The position numbers were made by a program, and so were the translations under genes. Under the pieces are notes generated by a model that did no database searches, was not told the origin of the DNA, and saw only the letters and a list, made by a program, of their open reading frames with translations. DNA of 64,000 nt from positions 7,232,076 to 7,296,075 of the forward strand of contig NC_068998.1 in assembly GCF_001194135.2 (NCBI RefSeq), given 5' to 3'. Source of the stretch: Octopus bimaculoides (lineage: Eukaryota). Shown piece after piece: positions 40,172 to 51,525 of the stretch (the stretch's first letter is position 1; every line of letters begins with the position of its first letter).

Positions 40172-40403
40172 ATTTCTTTATTGCCCACAAGGGGCTAAAC
40201 ATAGAGGGGACAAACAAGGACAGACAAAGGGATTAAGTCGATTACATCGACCCCAGTGCGTAACTGGTACTTAATTTATCGACCCCGAAAGGATGAAAGG
40301 CAAAGTCGACCTCGGCGGAATTTGAACTCAGAACGCAGTGGCAGACGAAATACCGCTAAGCAGTTCGCCCGGTGTGCTAACATTTCTGCCAGCTCGCCGC
40401 CTT
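40172..40403 (-). mobile_element. SINE family B, full length (3' part of the composite)
   Basis: Closely matches monomer 1 at 6217-6450 in reverse complement; tail GGGCAATAAAGAAAT. Confidence 0.95.
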
Positions 40404-40406
40404 TAT

Positions 40407-40525
40407 GCTTACAGCACCTAGGGTTCCCAAGCGGTCACCCATCTAAGTACTAACTAGGCTCGATGTTGCTTAACTTCGGTGATCGGACGAGAACCGGTGC
40501 TTTCAACGTGATATGGCCGATAAGC
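40407..40525 (-). rRNA. Full-length 5S rRNA copy, probably a retroposed pseudogene
   Basis: Minus strand reads GCTTATCGGCCATATCACGTTGAAAGCACCGGTTCTCGTCCGATCACCGAAGTTAAGCAACATCGAGCCTAGTTAGTACTTAGATGGGTGACCGCTTGGGAACCCTAGGTGCTGTAAGC. It has A box AGTTAAGC, a C-box-like TAGATGGGTGACC and the terminal stem. No poly-T terminator follows. Confidence 0.95.
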
Positions 40526-40567
40526 ATTTCACCCGGCGTGCTAACCACTCTGCCAGCTCACCGCGTT
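40521..40567 (-). mobile_element. SINE family B, first 47 nt (fused to the 5S 5' end)
   Basis: Minus strand AACGCGGTGAGCTGGCAGAGTGGTTAGCACGCCGGGTGAAATGCTTA; the final GCTTA is shared with 5S nt 1-5. Confidence 0.9.
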
Positions 40568-40589
40568 TACGCTTCTATCTATTTATCCC

Positions 40590-40885
40590 CGAACCGAGCA
40601 ATGCTTTGTAAGTTAATTTAGTTGACTGGAACTCTGTCGAAGCCCATCGTGTATTTATGTGTATCATTGTCTACATGTCTATGTGTTTGCCCTCCCACCA
40701 CGAAACGACCAGTATCGGTTTGTTTGCGTCCCTTTACTTTTGGTGAAGGATACCGGTAAAATAAATACCAGTCTAAAACACGCACACGCACACGCACACA
40801 CCAAATAAAAAATAAGTATTAAGGTCGATTTGTTTGACTAAAATCTTGAAGGTGGTGCTTCAGCATGGCCGCAATCCAATGACTC
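40590..40885 (+). mobile_element. Old SINE family A
   Basis: GAAGCCCATCG...GGTCGATTTGTTTGACTAAA...GGTGGTGCTTCAGCATGGCCGCA. Confidence 0.6.
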
Positions 40886-41944
40886 TAAAGAAGTAAATAT
40901 ATATATATATATATATATATATANNNNNNNNNNNNNNNNNNNNNNNNNNNNNNATAAACAACAGTCTCCTCGTTGAGGAGAAAGATATTTTACTTTTTGG
41001 CTTTTGAAGTTTGAGATAATGCGATCAAAAGAAGGGTTTTTGAATTAGATTATGAGCAATTATTTAATTATTTAATTATTTGATACATACAAAACAATCT
41101 TCTCGTTTTAGAAGTTTAAGTAATGTCTTTTTTTATTGTAACCCGCTTTATCTTTAAAAAAAAATGTCAGAAAGATTGTGAACCATGATATGGTCCACTT
41201 AATTACACGCCGCATTTATTCGGCACGTTTAAACAGCTTATCTCTGAACAAATTTATAAGAATAAGGTAGGAGCATTCAATTTTTGCACAGTGTTCGCCT
41301 TTACACGCCTTTATCGGTATGTAGTAATTTCGTAACAGCTAAACAGTAAAAGCAAATATATAAATAAATATAAATGATAAATATAAAGTTGTGCTAGACT
41401 TCAAAAAAAAATTATTTCAATGAGGAAAAAATAATAAATTAATTCACAATGAATAGTAGAATTTATGGCTTTGCTTAAACAATTGACTTCACAACATTCG
41501 ACCAATGACGACCCCAATATTCACATTTAAACTAGATTAACACTTAATTAGAATAATTAGTGAAATTGATAGCTGAAGAACTTGTGAACATTTTAATATA
41601 AGTCTTCGTATTAGACACTCGAATAATAGTGAAGCAAATCAACTTGAACTAATAAAGAAACCGATTTTTTGCTTTCTTTATTAGCTTTATTGACTTTCAC
41701 CAATTTTCTTTTGTCCTCGTCAAAAGTGTTATCTTATGGCTGCTGTGTCTACCTCATCTCTCTTCATCTTCCCTTTTTCTGATCACACCACACAGACACG
41801 CGCGCATGCGTACGCTCTCGCTCTTTTCTTTTTTAATTCATTCAATCAGATGTTTAAGCCGTGCCGAAATCAAGCCATCAACAAAGCCAGTTTTGCGATA
41901 CGAATTATACTTATCTGCATGAATGAATCTTTTGAATCAAGTCG

Positions 41945-41971
41945 ATAATAATAGTAGTAGTAGTAGTAGTA

Positions 41972-42027
<56 letters not shown>

Positions 42028-42150
42028 CCTTTCTACTAAAGATACAAGACCTGAAATTTGATAGTCGACTGGTACTTAATTTATTGAACCTGAAAGAATG
42101 AAGGGCAAAGTCGCCATCGGCGGAATTTGAACTCGGAACGTAAAGTTGGA
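41945..42150 (-). mobile_element. 5'-truncated SINE family B with (TTA/CTA)n tail
   Basis: AATAATCCTTTCTACTAAAG...GAAAGAATGAAGGGCAAAGTCGCCATCGGCGGAATTTGAACTCGGAACG; the head is absent. Confidence 0.8.
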
Positions 42151-42881
42151 CGATCTTCGGCGACCAGTCTTCTCTACCATCAACACTAGTAAAGCTGGGG
42201 AACATCCGTCTAGCAAGTGGAGACCACACCCGTTCACCATCCAGGTAGAGCCAGAGATGCCTCAACCTCCAGTGCATGATTGCGGATCAACAGCCAATGC
42301 ATCCCTAACTCACCATTTAACGGCTTTTGACAACAGATAGAAAATCTTAAAAGTGGAGCGGAGTTCTTCCACAAAATGCGAAAGATCTGCATCCCCAACT
42401 TGTTTAACCACGACGGAAAGGCGGTAAACGATGACCGATGGGATAAGCACATTGGCCACCTCCGCCCTCCCTTTCATGGATAGCCACCGCCAAGACCAGG
42501 TCCTGACTATGCGGGTCACCTTGTTCGAAACCTCAGACCAGTTCTTTTCTATCTGGAGATCTGGGCCAAACCAGATTCCTAGCAACTTAATCGGGCCCTC
42601 CGTCCAGCGTACTACGAGGCTATTCGAAGGCATCGTCTTGCCCCTCCAGATGCCGAGTTGCCGGTTAATTTTTCCCTGTTAATTGTTGCTCCTGCCACCG
42701 TCTCGTAAACATTAATGGTTTTATCTACTTGCTGTAGGTGTTCCATCTTGGTCACGATGTCATCCGCATATGCTGTAACCGATCCTCCACCTCCTGGAAT
42801 CGTCGGGATGCCGCTCAGCTTTCTCAGTAATGGCTCAAGGGCCATCACGTGCAAAAGCGGAGAGAGCGGACACCCATCCTG
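42150..42881 (-). mobile_element. L1-clade (Tx1-like) LINE reverse-transcriptase fragment, frameshifted
   Basis: QDGCPLSPLLHVMALEPLLRKL...VTAYADDIV...GATINREK, then IKLLGIWFG...NW...WSWRWLSMKGRAEVAN (typical L1/Tx1 RT motifs: GCPLSP, YADD, LGI). Confidence 0.9.
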
Positions 42882-42883
42882 AT

Positions 42884-43110
42884 TATATTTTGGGATCTAT
42901 CCGGTACTGGACAAGGATTCTGAATTATTTTTACTGTTTTTTTATTTTACTTAATTTTTGAGAGCGGTCGGGTTCATTTTTAGCATTCTCGTTTCTGAGA
43001 ATAGTCGAGTTAATTTCAGATATTCTCATTTTAAAAACAATCTCTGAATAAATCGTTGAGAGGACATTGGTGTTGCCTGGCGGAGGTCTGCGCTCTCTGA
43101 GTGCTCTTGT
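42884..43110 (+). mobile_element. Helentron/Helitron2-like non-autonomous element, 3' part
   Basis: Ends TGGCGGAGGTCTGCGCTCTCTGAGTGCTCTTGTT, i.e. a sub-TIR-like GGCGGAGGT plus a GCGCTC/GAGTGC hairpin before a T-rich target, as I recall for HINE-type elements. Confidence 0.55.
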
Positions 43111-45143
43111 TTTTATTGACTATGGGAGCGTGAAGTGTAAAGTAGACTTCAGTGGGATTCGAAATAAGAATATAATTAAGAACTTATGTGATCGTGACCA
43201 AGACTATTCTAATCACCATATCCCCAGATTTTGTTTAAACATAGCATATACAAAACTACATTTCAGCACATTGTGACTACACAGCAGCTTTTCTTTGGAG
43301 TCGCTTATAGTATATTAACATCAATTTTTATGGTGGTCAGTCAGTCCCATATAAGAAGAGATAGTGATGTTGCATAAAAGGATTAAGAGTGTAGACTCAA
43401 TGCCTTTGCATTAATTAATTTAAGCTTCAAGGTTTATGGTTCAAATCCAGATGAAACTGATAGAAAAAGTAATTTTGTATTTTTTCGTTACAAAAAAAAA
43501 AAAACGTTTTAATTCAAAAGCTCTATCTTTCAGTATTGTCTCGCGACATTCTGATCTCATAACATACGGACTCAACTCTCTGATCCAGGTTCAGCATTTT
43601 ATCCAATGACACACAACAACAATAATGGCACACAGAATGAATGAGTAATTGAACTGAATAAAGTAACGAGAATATATTGCTTGCTTGTACAAATAACCGT
43701 TGGCAGACAAAATTTGAGCCAGAAAAACAAAAGAAACAGGTATTTGATAGTTTCTAATAAACGAAGAAAAATCAGCTTTATATTTCGAATATGCGTTTAA
43801 TCCTCCGCTCATAAAACACCGATGCCAGACAGGAACCTTTGTTAACGACTTAATCGATTCTGGTTATACATTCAGTAACACCATCCAGGTTCCTCCTATC
43901 TCATACACGATCCTACCACTGATATCTCTATATTTCAACATTAAATGCAAACTCGGGATAGTGGTAGTGATTTATAATTTAACAGAACAGAAAATCCCAA
44001 TTACTTCTATAAGAATCTATCTATAAATATCAATAAACCTGTGATAGTGGGAAATAAAAACAAGAAAAAACGTTGTGGAAATAAACGGGGTTTAGAGTAA
44101 AAAAAAATACATATATATAACTTGGTAAGTAGTTTAAGATGTTGCGATGAATAAAATCTCAAATTAAGCAGAATCATCTTATGCAGGTAGAAGAAGTGAT
44201 TGAAATTAAACCAGTTCGGCAAAATCCATGCCCTTTAACTAATCTGAAATTAAACTAGGTATAAATCATATTGCTGCCATTTTTCCTATATCAAGTTTAT
44301 TTTCAAATCATTGATAATGCTTGACAGAGTTTACACAATGATGTCTGCTTTATTGCAAACTGTGCTGTTTCTAAACAAACTCCAAGAAATATTTCTGTTC
44401 CAGTTCACAAACACACACACACACACACACACGTGGATATTCCTATACCGTTTTAAGCACATGCCAAATAAGACAAGCTCATGTATGGAGACACACCACA
44501 CAAATAAATATTCACACAACACAAACATGAACGGGAACGAACGAAAGAACGTATGTATTTATAGAGTGTTCTAACTGAATAAAGTTAAGAGATGGTAAAA
44601 CTAGTCGGCAGTGCCATGGAAGAGAAGAAATCCAATTTTGCTTGTGAGAAAATTGGACAGCACAAACTTGGAAAAACAAATTAATTTGTATAAAAGTGTA
44701 TATAAGCTGCTGGGTGTGTGTATGCATGCGTGTTTGCACAGCGTGTGTACACGTATGAGCGCGCTGCGTGCTTGGGTCTATATGTGAGTGTGTGTATCTG
44801 TCTGTATCTGTCGGTGTAATGTAACTCAATATTCGGATTTTTACGCTCAAATATACTGACAGTCGATGTTTTCCCAAGAGCATACGAAAGCGCACACATG
44901 CGTACAAGCAAACTCGCACACGTGTCGGCGCGTGAGTTACTCGAGATGGTCCCAAAGGCAAGCTGTACAATTTCTATCATTTCCTTATCAGACATTTATC
45001 AATTTGTGATGTCATTGCTTGTATAAATACAAATATCTATATATACATATATACATTATAGTATATATATAAATATATATATGCATTTATGTGTGTGTGT
45101 GTGTATATATATNNNNNNNNNNNNNNNNNNNNNNNNNNNNNNN

Positions 45144-45177
<34 letters not shown>

Positions 45178-45247
45178 TGATAGATGGATAGATAGATATA
45201 CATATACATAAATGCATATATATATACATTATATACACAGGATGCAT

Positions 45248-45810
45248 CAGGGTGAGGAAGCAAAACTTGGAATATTTTGGAAGCCTTATTTTTCATATAT
45301 TCCTGAGTGTAAATACTAAAATATTTCTATTTCAGGGTAGAGGTATATACAGTTACTTTAAGCAGACGTTCCAGTCATACGATATAAAATGTCCACTTAA
45401 GAAGCCAAGGGACAATGCATTGCAGATTTACTTCGTGCTGGGGTTGCAATTAGACGCATTGCTCAGACCGTTGGGGGCCTTTGTGAACACTATCTACAAC
45501 GTTAACAACCGTATGCTGGATATTGGAGGCATCAAGAGAAAGCAAGGAAGTGGAGATAGAAATATATAAAAACGGGATAATATATTTCTTAAATCTCTCA
45601 AAGCCAAACTTTCGAAAGACCTAACAACATCCATGAGAAAACTGTCCATGGACATGAAAGTTGATCCAAAAACCATCAGAAATGCTGTGCACACTGATTT
45701 ACATTTGGGGTCATACGTGAGGATCCCGAGACACTTATTGACTCGTGCAATGAAAGACAAAGGGACAAGAAAGTGTTGCGATATCTGAAGTACAATGGAC
45801 AAACCGTGCA
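45248..45810 (+). mobile_element. Decayed maT/DD37D-like Tc1/mariner, left TIR plus N-terminal HTH region
   Basis: Starts CAGGGTGAGG. Reads MST*EAKGQCIADLLRAGVAIRRIAQTVG...KRKQGSG...TTSMRKLSMDMKVDPKTIRNAVHTDLHLGSYVRIPRHLLT. Confidence 0.8.
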
Positions 45811-45814
45811 TTGT

Positions 45815-47142
45815 TATTGCAACTTTGAGAGATGTGGGAATTTTAAATGATACAAATACGCTAGATAAGTAAAATAAAATTGAAAAAGAAAGAAAAAGAG
45901 TTGGGAAAAACGAGATAATAAAAATGAAAACAGAAAAGGCAAAGCTCGACTGTGTCGGTTTTGAGAGAACAAACGATGAAACTAAAACAGCAAGAGCACT
46001 ATGTTATTGTGAAAGAGCCTGGTGATGAGTATTTAGATCACGTTTCCCTAGATAATGGAACAGCTCGTTGCATTGCAGAAGAAATTATCACTTTTTTAAT
46101 TGATTCTGACAGTGAAGAAAGTTTAAAGGCTGTATTGTGATGGTACTCCAGTAAACACTTGTCATTTAGAAGGGGGTAATTAAAATAATTGAATTATACT
46201 TAAATAAACCACTTTAATGCCTGATATATCTGCTACATACAAATGAGCTTCCGTTTCGACACGTATTTGACGCCATAGTTAAAAAAGCAACAGGTGCATG
46301 AACATCAAAAGGCTTAATTGGCAATGAAATTAAAGATGTAAAAAACTTAGATATCAAATTTTCTTCCGTAAAAACTAAAGTGAAAGAATTGTCATTAGAA
46401 GTCGTTGATACTTTAAGCTCAGATCAAAAATATCTGTATGAAATGTGCCTCAGTATTGAGACAGGGTTTATTTCTGAGCAGTTGGTAGCAAGATCACCTG
46501 CTAAAATCCATCATGCAAGGTGGCTAACACATGCAAACAGAATTCTTCGCTTATATGTTTCTGAAAAATATCCCCCAAAGAATATTATGGATTTTGCTAA
46601 AATCATAACGCAGGTTTAAGCTCCAAAATGGTTCTGGATTAAATCTTACTCAAAGGTACGTGAAAGAGCAAGTAATTTGTGGTATGTGGCCCATCTAATG
46701 CAAGATATGAACCAAGATCATAAAGAAATAATGGATTAATCGTTAAAAACTAATTCGTATTTTGCCCATCCGGAGAATATTTTACTGACAATGTTGAATG
46801 GAAGAAGATAAATTAGGGAAATAGCAATTCAGCGAATTATTAAACCAAGAACATTTCCCCGAATACCCGTGAAGAATGAAGAAATTTCAAACTGCCAAGC
46901 AAGATTAATTTTGAACCACAGGATTATGTTGATTTCATTAACTGGGAAAATGAATTTGAAACATCCCCTCCAGTTTTACGGAACTTTACAAATCTTGATC
47001 TTCTCAAAGCTCGTTCAGGACCATTAACAGCAATACCTCTTCCTTGTCATAGCTAAGGAGTCAAGCATGCTATCCATTTAGGGACAAAAGCTTCTAAAGT
47101 CAGAATAGGCTACGAAGATTGACACAAACTCATATTAAATGT
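45815..47142 (+). mobile_element. Decayed divergent hAT-group transposase (hATm/hATw/hATx-like), internal fragment
   Basis: Across stops and frameshifts: EHYVIVKEPG, CDGTPVNT, LLHTNELPFRH, LSSDQKYLYEMC, HARWLTHANRILRLYV, V*APKWFWIK, NSYFAHPENILLTML, LPCHS*GV. No TIRs seen. Confidence 0.75.
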
Positions 47143-47144
47143 GA

Positions 47145-47265
47145 CATGGATCCACACTTCATTGAGTTTGGCTTGAAGATCGGCACAAAGGAGTATCTGA
47201 ATATCCTGAAGAACTCTCTGTTACCTTGGATGGAGCAGAAGTTTGGGCTTGACAACGTCAGAATG
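47145..47265 (+). mobile_element. maT/DD37D-like transposase DDD-domain fragment
   Basis: MDPHFIEFGLKIGTKEYLNILKNSLLPWMEQKFGLDNV matches MxPHFxxxGLKxxxxxYLxxLxxxxLPW, which precedes the second catalytic Asp. Confidence 0.75.
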
Positions 47266-47330
47266 CAGTCAGAATGTTGGATGATTATATATATTTTTAT
47301 GTGCAGTTTGGGCGTTCAAAATGTAAACAG

Positions 47331-47362
<32 letters not shown>

Positions 47363-49003
47363 GATGTGCACAAACACACACACACACATATGTAATATTA
47401 CGACTGCCACTATTTACGCATGCGCACAACTGTTCAATCAGCATGCATGCTTTGTGAACTAATAAATTGACTACCACATAGTCGCTTGCCTTCTTAAAGA
47501 TACCACCAAAATCAGCCGTTCCACTAACAATGAAGTCTAAAACATAAAATAAATAATTATAAATAAATATTATAAATGAAATAAAATCGGAATACTACAG
47601 AAAACGGCGTGCCTTTGGTGATTTACCTGTTCGATCGAGATTGAAATAGAGTTAAACAACAATATTAGCACGAAGGAGAACAACAACGACCAGTGTGCTT
47701 ATTAATTTGAAAGTACTAGGAATTGACGTAGATTATTTCGCTCTGATTGGTTCTTTAAAACAGAAAGTGACACGGATAAATTTAGGTATAAGTCTAAAGA
47801 TATTTGTACCATAAACAGACACGAACTTTGTTGTGACTAAGATGTAACGACGTGAATAATTAAAACACAATGTCGAGAAATGTTCAGCTGTCTCCATTCA
47901 CTAGGATTGAGACCAATCACGATCGCAGCTACAAGAAGTTGTCTATTATTATTAATACAAGCATCACGCACAGGCTTCATTGAACGCTATATTTTCGCCA
48001 AAGACTTTTAATTTTGACACCTAAATCATCATAAAAGCGATTTAATGTTTTCACTACAATTTTCGGTCTTAACATACTAATATATCTAGTCGTAAAATAT
48101 TATTGTCATCGCTACTATTACCATATTTTTAGTACATTTATCTTGTACCTAGTCAAATGAATTCACCATCATCAGTATTATTATCATCATCATCATCATC
48201 ATCTTCATTGTCATCACCCCACCACTATTCTCCACGTCATCATGAATATCATAGTCATCATTGTTATTTCTGTTGTCGCTAGCTAGTTTTGGGTGAACTT
48301 CGTAAACCTATTCCTGCTTTGTAAGACAGAACATATCGATTTCTAAGAATTGTCACTTTTATGGTAATGTTGCCTTGTTGGCATTTTGATCAAGAAACGC
48401 CGGCTGCACAGATGGGTCTGTGTGTGTAATGATTTTGTGTTCAAGGCTAGTACTAAAACGTAGCGAAAGCCACTTCGTTTTCCTGTTTACTAACGGACTG
48501 TAGTAAGATACTAAAACTAAAAGTAATAAAAGCTACGTGTCTTTTATTTGTTTGATTATGGCGATTTTCAGTTTATGTCGATGCACAAAGTGAATTATAC
48601 ACGAGAAATACAGACATATAACTATTACAGTATAGCATCATAAATATTTGGTTTAATCATCAGGATGAATAAATAGCCATTTTTGGTACCACCCGCCCAC
48701 CCATCCTGACTCCTCATTTCGCCGACGAATTCCATTCAAATGCATGTCACGAATTTCAGTTACTGCCGCTTGGTTCGACGTTTGTACACAATTTGGAATA
48801 ATCATTCTAAACTGAAATCAATGAACATTGTACTCTTTTATATTCAGGAATATCAATACGGAAATGAAAGTACGAAAAGTACAAAAGGAAGTTATTGTAG
48901 AGTATCATGTTGTTGTTTTTGTTTCGTACTACACCAAGCCTAAGCGAGCTGACACAGTCAGTGAGGTTCCATCCATAATCATCCTCATTTTTAAATATAT
49001 AAT

Positions 49004-49110
<107 letters not shown>

Positions 49111-49145
49111 ACATATATATGTGGGCGTGTATGACACATATATGC

Positions 49146-49631
49146 AGGAGCACCGCCTTTTAGTCGGGCAAATCGACCCCAGGACTTATCCTTTGTAAGC
49201 CTAGTACTTATTCTATCGGTCACTTTTGCCGAACCGCTAAGTTAAGGGGACGTAAACACACCAGCATCGGTTGTCAATCGATGTTCGGGGTACAAACAGA
49301 GTCACACAAAGACATACACATATATACATATATATATATATATATATGGGAGAATTTACGAAAAAAACAGCAACAGACGAGGACAGGTGGTATAAACAAC
49401 AAAAGGATGTATTAGTTTAACGCTCGGGAATAGGAAAGTCTTTAACGTTTCGAGCTACGCTCTTCAACGACGGGCTTCTTTCAGTTTCCGTCTACCAAAT
49501 CCACTCACAAGGCTTAGGTCGGCCCGAGGCTATAGTAGAAGACACTTGCCCAAGATGCCACGCAGTGGGACTGAACCCAGAACCATGTGGTTGGTAAGCA
49601 AGCTACTTACCACAAAGCCACTCCTGCGCCT
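49146..49631 (-). mobile_element. SINE family A, near full length, interrupted at 49348-49467
   Basis: Tail half 49146-49347 and head half 49468-49631 are collinear with 55094-55496. Confidence 0.9.
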
Positions 49632-50350
49632 ATGTTCATACTTGACACCGAACCGTATCGTAGATACGGTTTGCAAGGAAACTATCAATTACATTAAGCT
49701 ACCATCACAGTAGAGAACTGGTTCGAATGAAAACAAAATGCAAAGTGAATTAGAATGAATTTCCCTGCTTAGCGTGGTATTTATAAAGATACAGTTTCTT
49801 AGGTTCGAAGCTATGGCGAGTCCAAGTTTACTTTGCTATGGAGCTTGTGTGTATATATGTATGCATCTTTGTGTGCGTGATATCTGTCTATATATGTATT
49901 AATGACAACTTGACTTATACTTCCTGAATATATACAGGTAATAACCCTTTACATCATCAAAGCCGATATTGATGCTGTATAGTTACAAATATCCTTCAGA
50001 AGAGATTTATTGATCCATCAACAACAGCTGCAAATCCTATTTACTGATGTACATCTTATTCTAATTCTTGGTATTAAAGTGCAGATTTATATGCAAGAAT
50101 GTGATTCAATCAATCAATATTGCATATGTATGACGCAAAGTGCAATAAAACGAGACAGCCGATCCGATGTTTGTAATCAGAAGTGCTGGTCGATGGTTGA
50201 CTAGATTCTTTTAATGTTACGGAAGAGACAAATGAGAGATGCGATGATTCATTGCATTTGCCTTGAAAGATAGCAAAACTCCTACGAATTGCACTTTAGC
50301 GTTCAAAAAAGAGTAAAGTATTTTCAATGTTGTAGTCCTTGACACACTAT

Positions 50351-50745
50351 GTTGTTGGTTGTTGTTGGCACTCCGTCGCTTACGACGTTGAGGGTTCCAG
50401 TTGATCCGATCAATGGAACAGCCTGCTCGTGAAATTAACGTGCAAGTGGCTGAGCACTCCACAGACACGTGTACCCTTAACGTAGTTCTCGGGGGAGATT
50501 CAGCGTGACACAGTGTGACAAGGCTGACCCTTTGAATTACAGGCACAACAGAAACAGGAAGTAAGAGTGAGAGAAAGTTGTGGTGAAAGAGTACAGCAGG
50601 GTTCGCCACCATCCCCTGCCGGAGCCTCGTGAAGCTTTATGTGTTTTCACTCAATAAACACTCACAACGCCCGGTCTGGGAATCAAAACCGCGATCCTAT
50701 GACCGCGAGTCCGCTGCCCTAATCACTAGGCCATTGCGCCTCCAC
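50351..50745 (-). mobile_element. SINE family C, full length, 12-bp TSD
   Basis: TTGACACACTAT (50339-50350) / TTGATACACTAT (50746-50757); (TTG)n tail. Confidence 0.95.
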
Positions 50746-51389
50746 TTGATACACTATATTAAGAATAAAAGAGATAACCAGGACAAGGAAAATTTTGATT
50801 AGAGGTCTACCCAAAGGTGGTTGATTTGGGTCTAAACCCACCCACATTCCGAAATTCTGTGGCCGTTTTTTTCACTGTAAGGAAGCTAATATTTTACCAT
50901 ATGGGTATGTAACATAGAAAACAGACTACGTGTTTAAAGGGAAGGATGTGTTTGATTATATTAGCGCCAATACATATAACTGCATCTTTATTGAAGGACC
51001 CGGAGAGATGAAAGTCAAATTTCACTTTGGCGTAAATTGAAATTCCAACAAGGCATTCTCTCCGTTGCTCTGTCTATCGATGGAATGGCGAAAATGTTAT
51101 ATTGATAGACTGTAAATGTCTTTGGAAATTTAAGCCTCATTGTATTTATTCTACGATATCGTATTATTCCAGGTGACTTCATCAATCACGACACCGCAAC
51201 CGGTCGATAAAGTAAGGACCACTGATTTATTGAGTTAAATAAACTACATTGATCTTCCTCTGAAGTTATATGATGTAGTGTCAATATTACGATCGATAAA
51301 ATCAAAATGATTTGCTGTATCTTGTTACGTCTGGTGAGATTGATGTAATGGATGCCCAATCCGAATATCTACAGTTATATAAAGTGGTT

Positions 51390-51525
51390 AACGGGCAGAA
51401 CTGTACGAATGTCGGACAGATATTGACTACTTTGGGATAATCGTTTTTGCTCTCTATGTTGTGAGTTCAAATTCCACCGATATTAACTTTGCCTTTCATC
51501 TTATCGGGGTCGATAAATAAAGATA
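51390..51525 (+). mobile_element. Old SINE family B
   Basis: GTGAGTTCAAATTCCACCGATATTAACTTTGCCTTTCATCTTATCGGGGTCGATAAAT. Confidence 0.65.

Noticed and set aside
2262-47265. The maT fragments at 45248-47265 and 2262-2696 tile end-to-end (…GLDNV then VW*QD), suggesting one split element
   Set aside because: They lie in reversed order 45 kb apart and their TIRs differ (CAGGGTGAGGAAGC vs CCGCGTGTTCGGGC), so they are probably independent subfamilies.
49992-50050. KRFIDPSTTAANPIY* resembling an NPxY cytoplasmic tail exon
   Set aside because: Too short, and no upstream transmembrane or ectodomain exons found.
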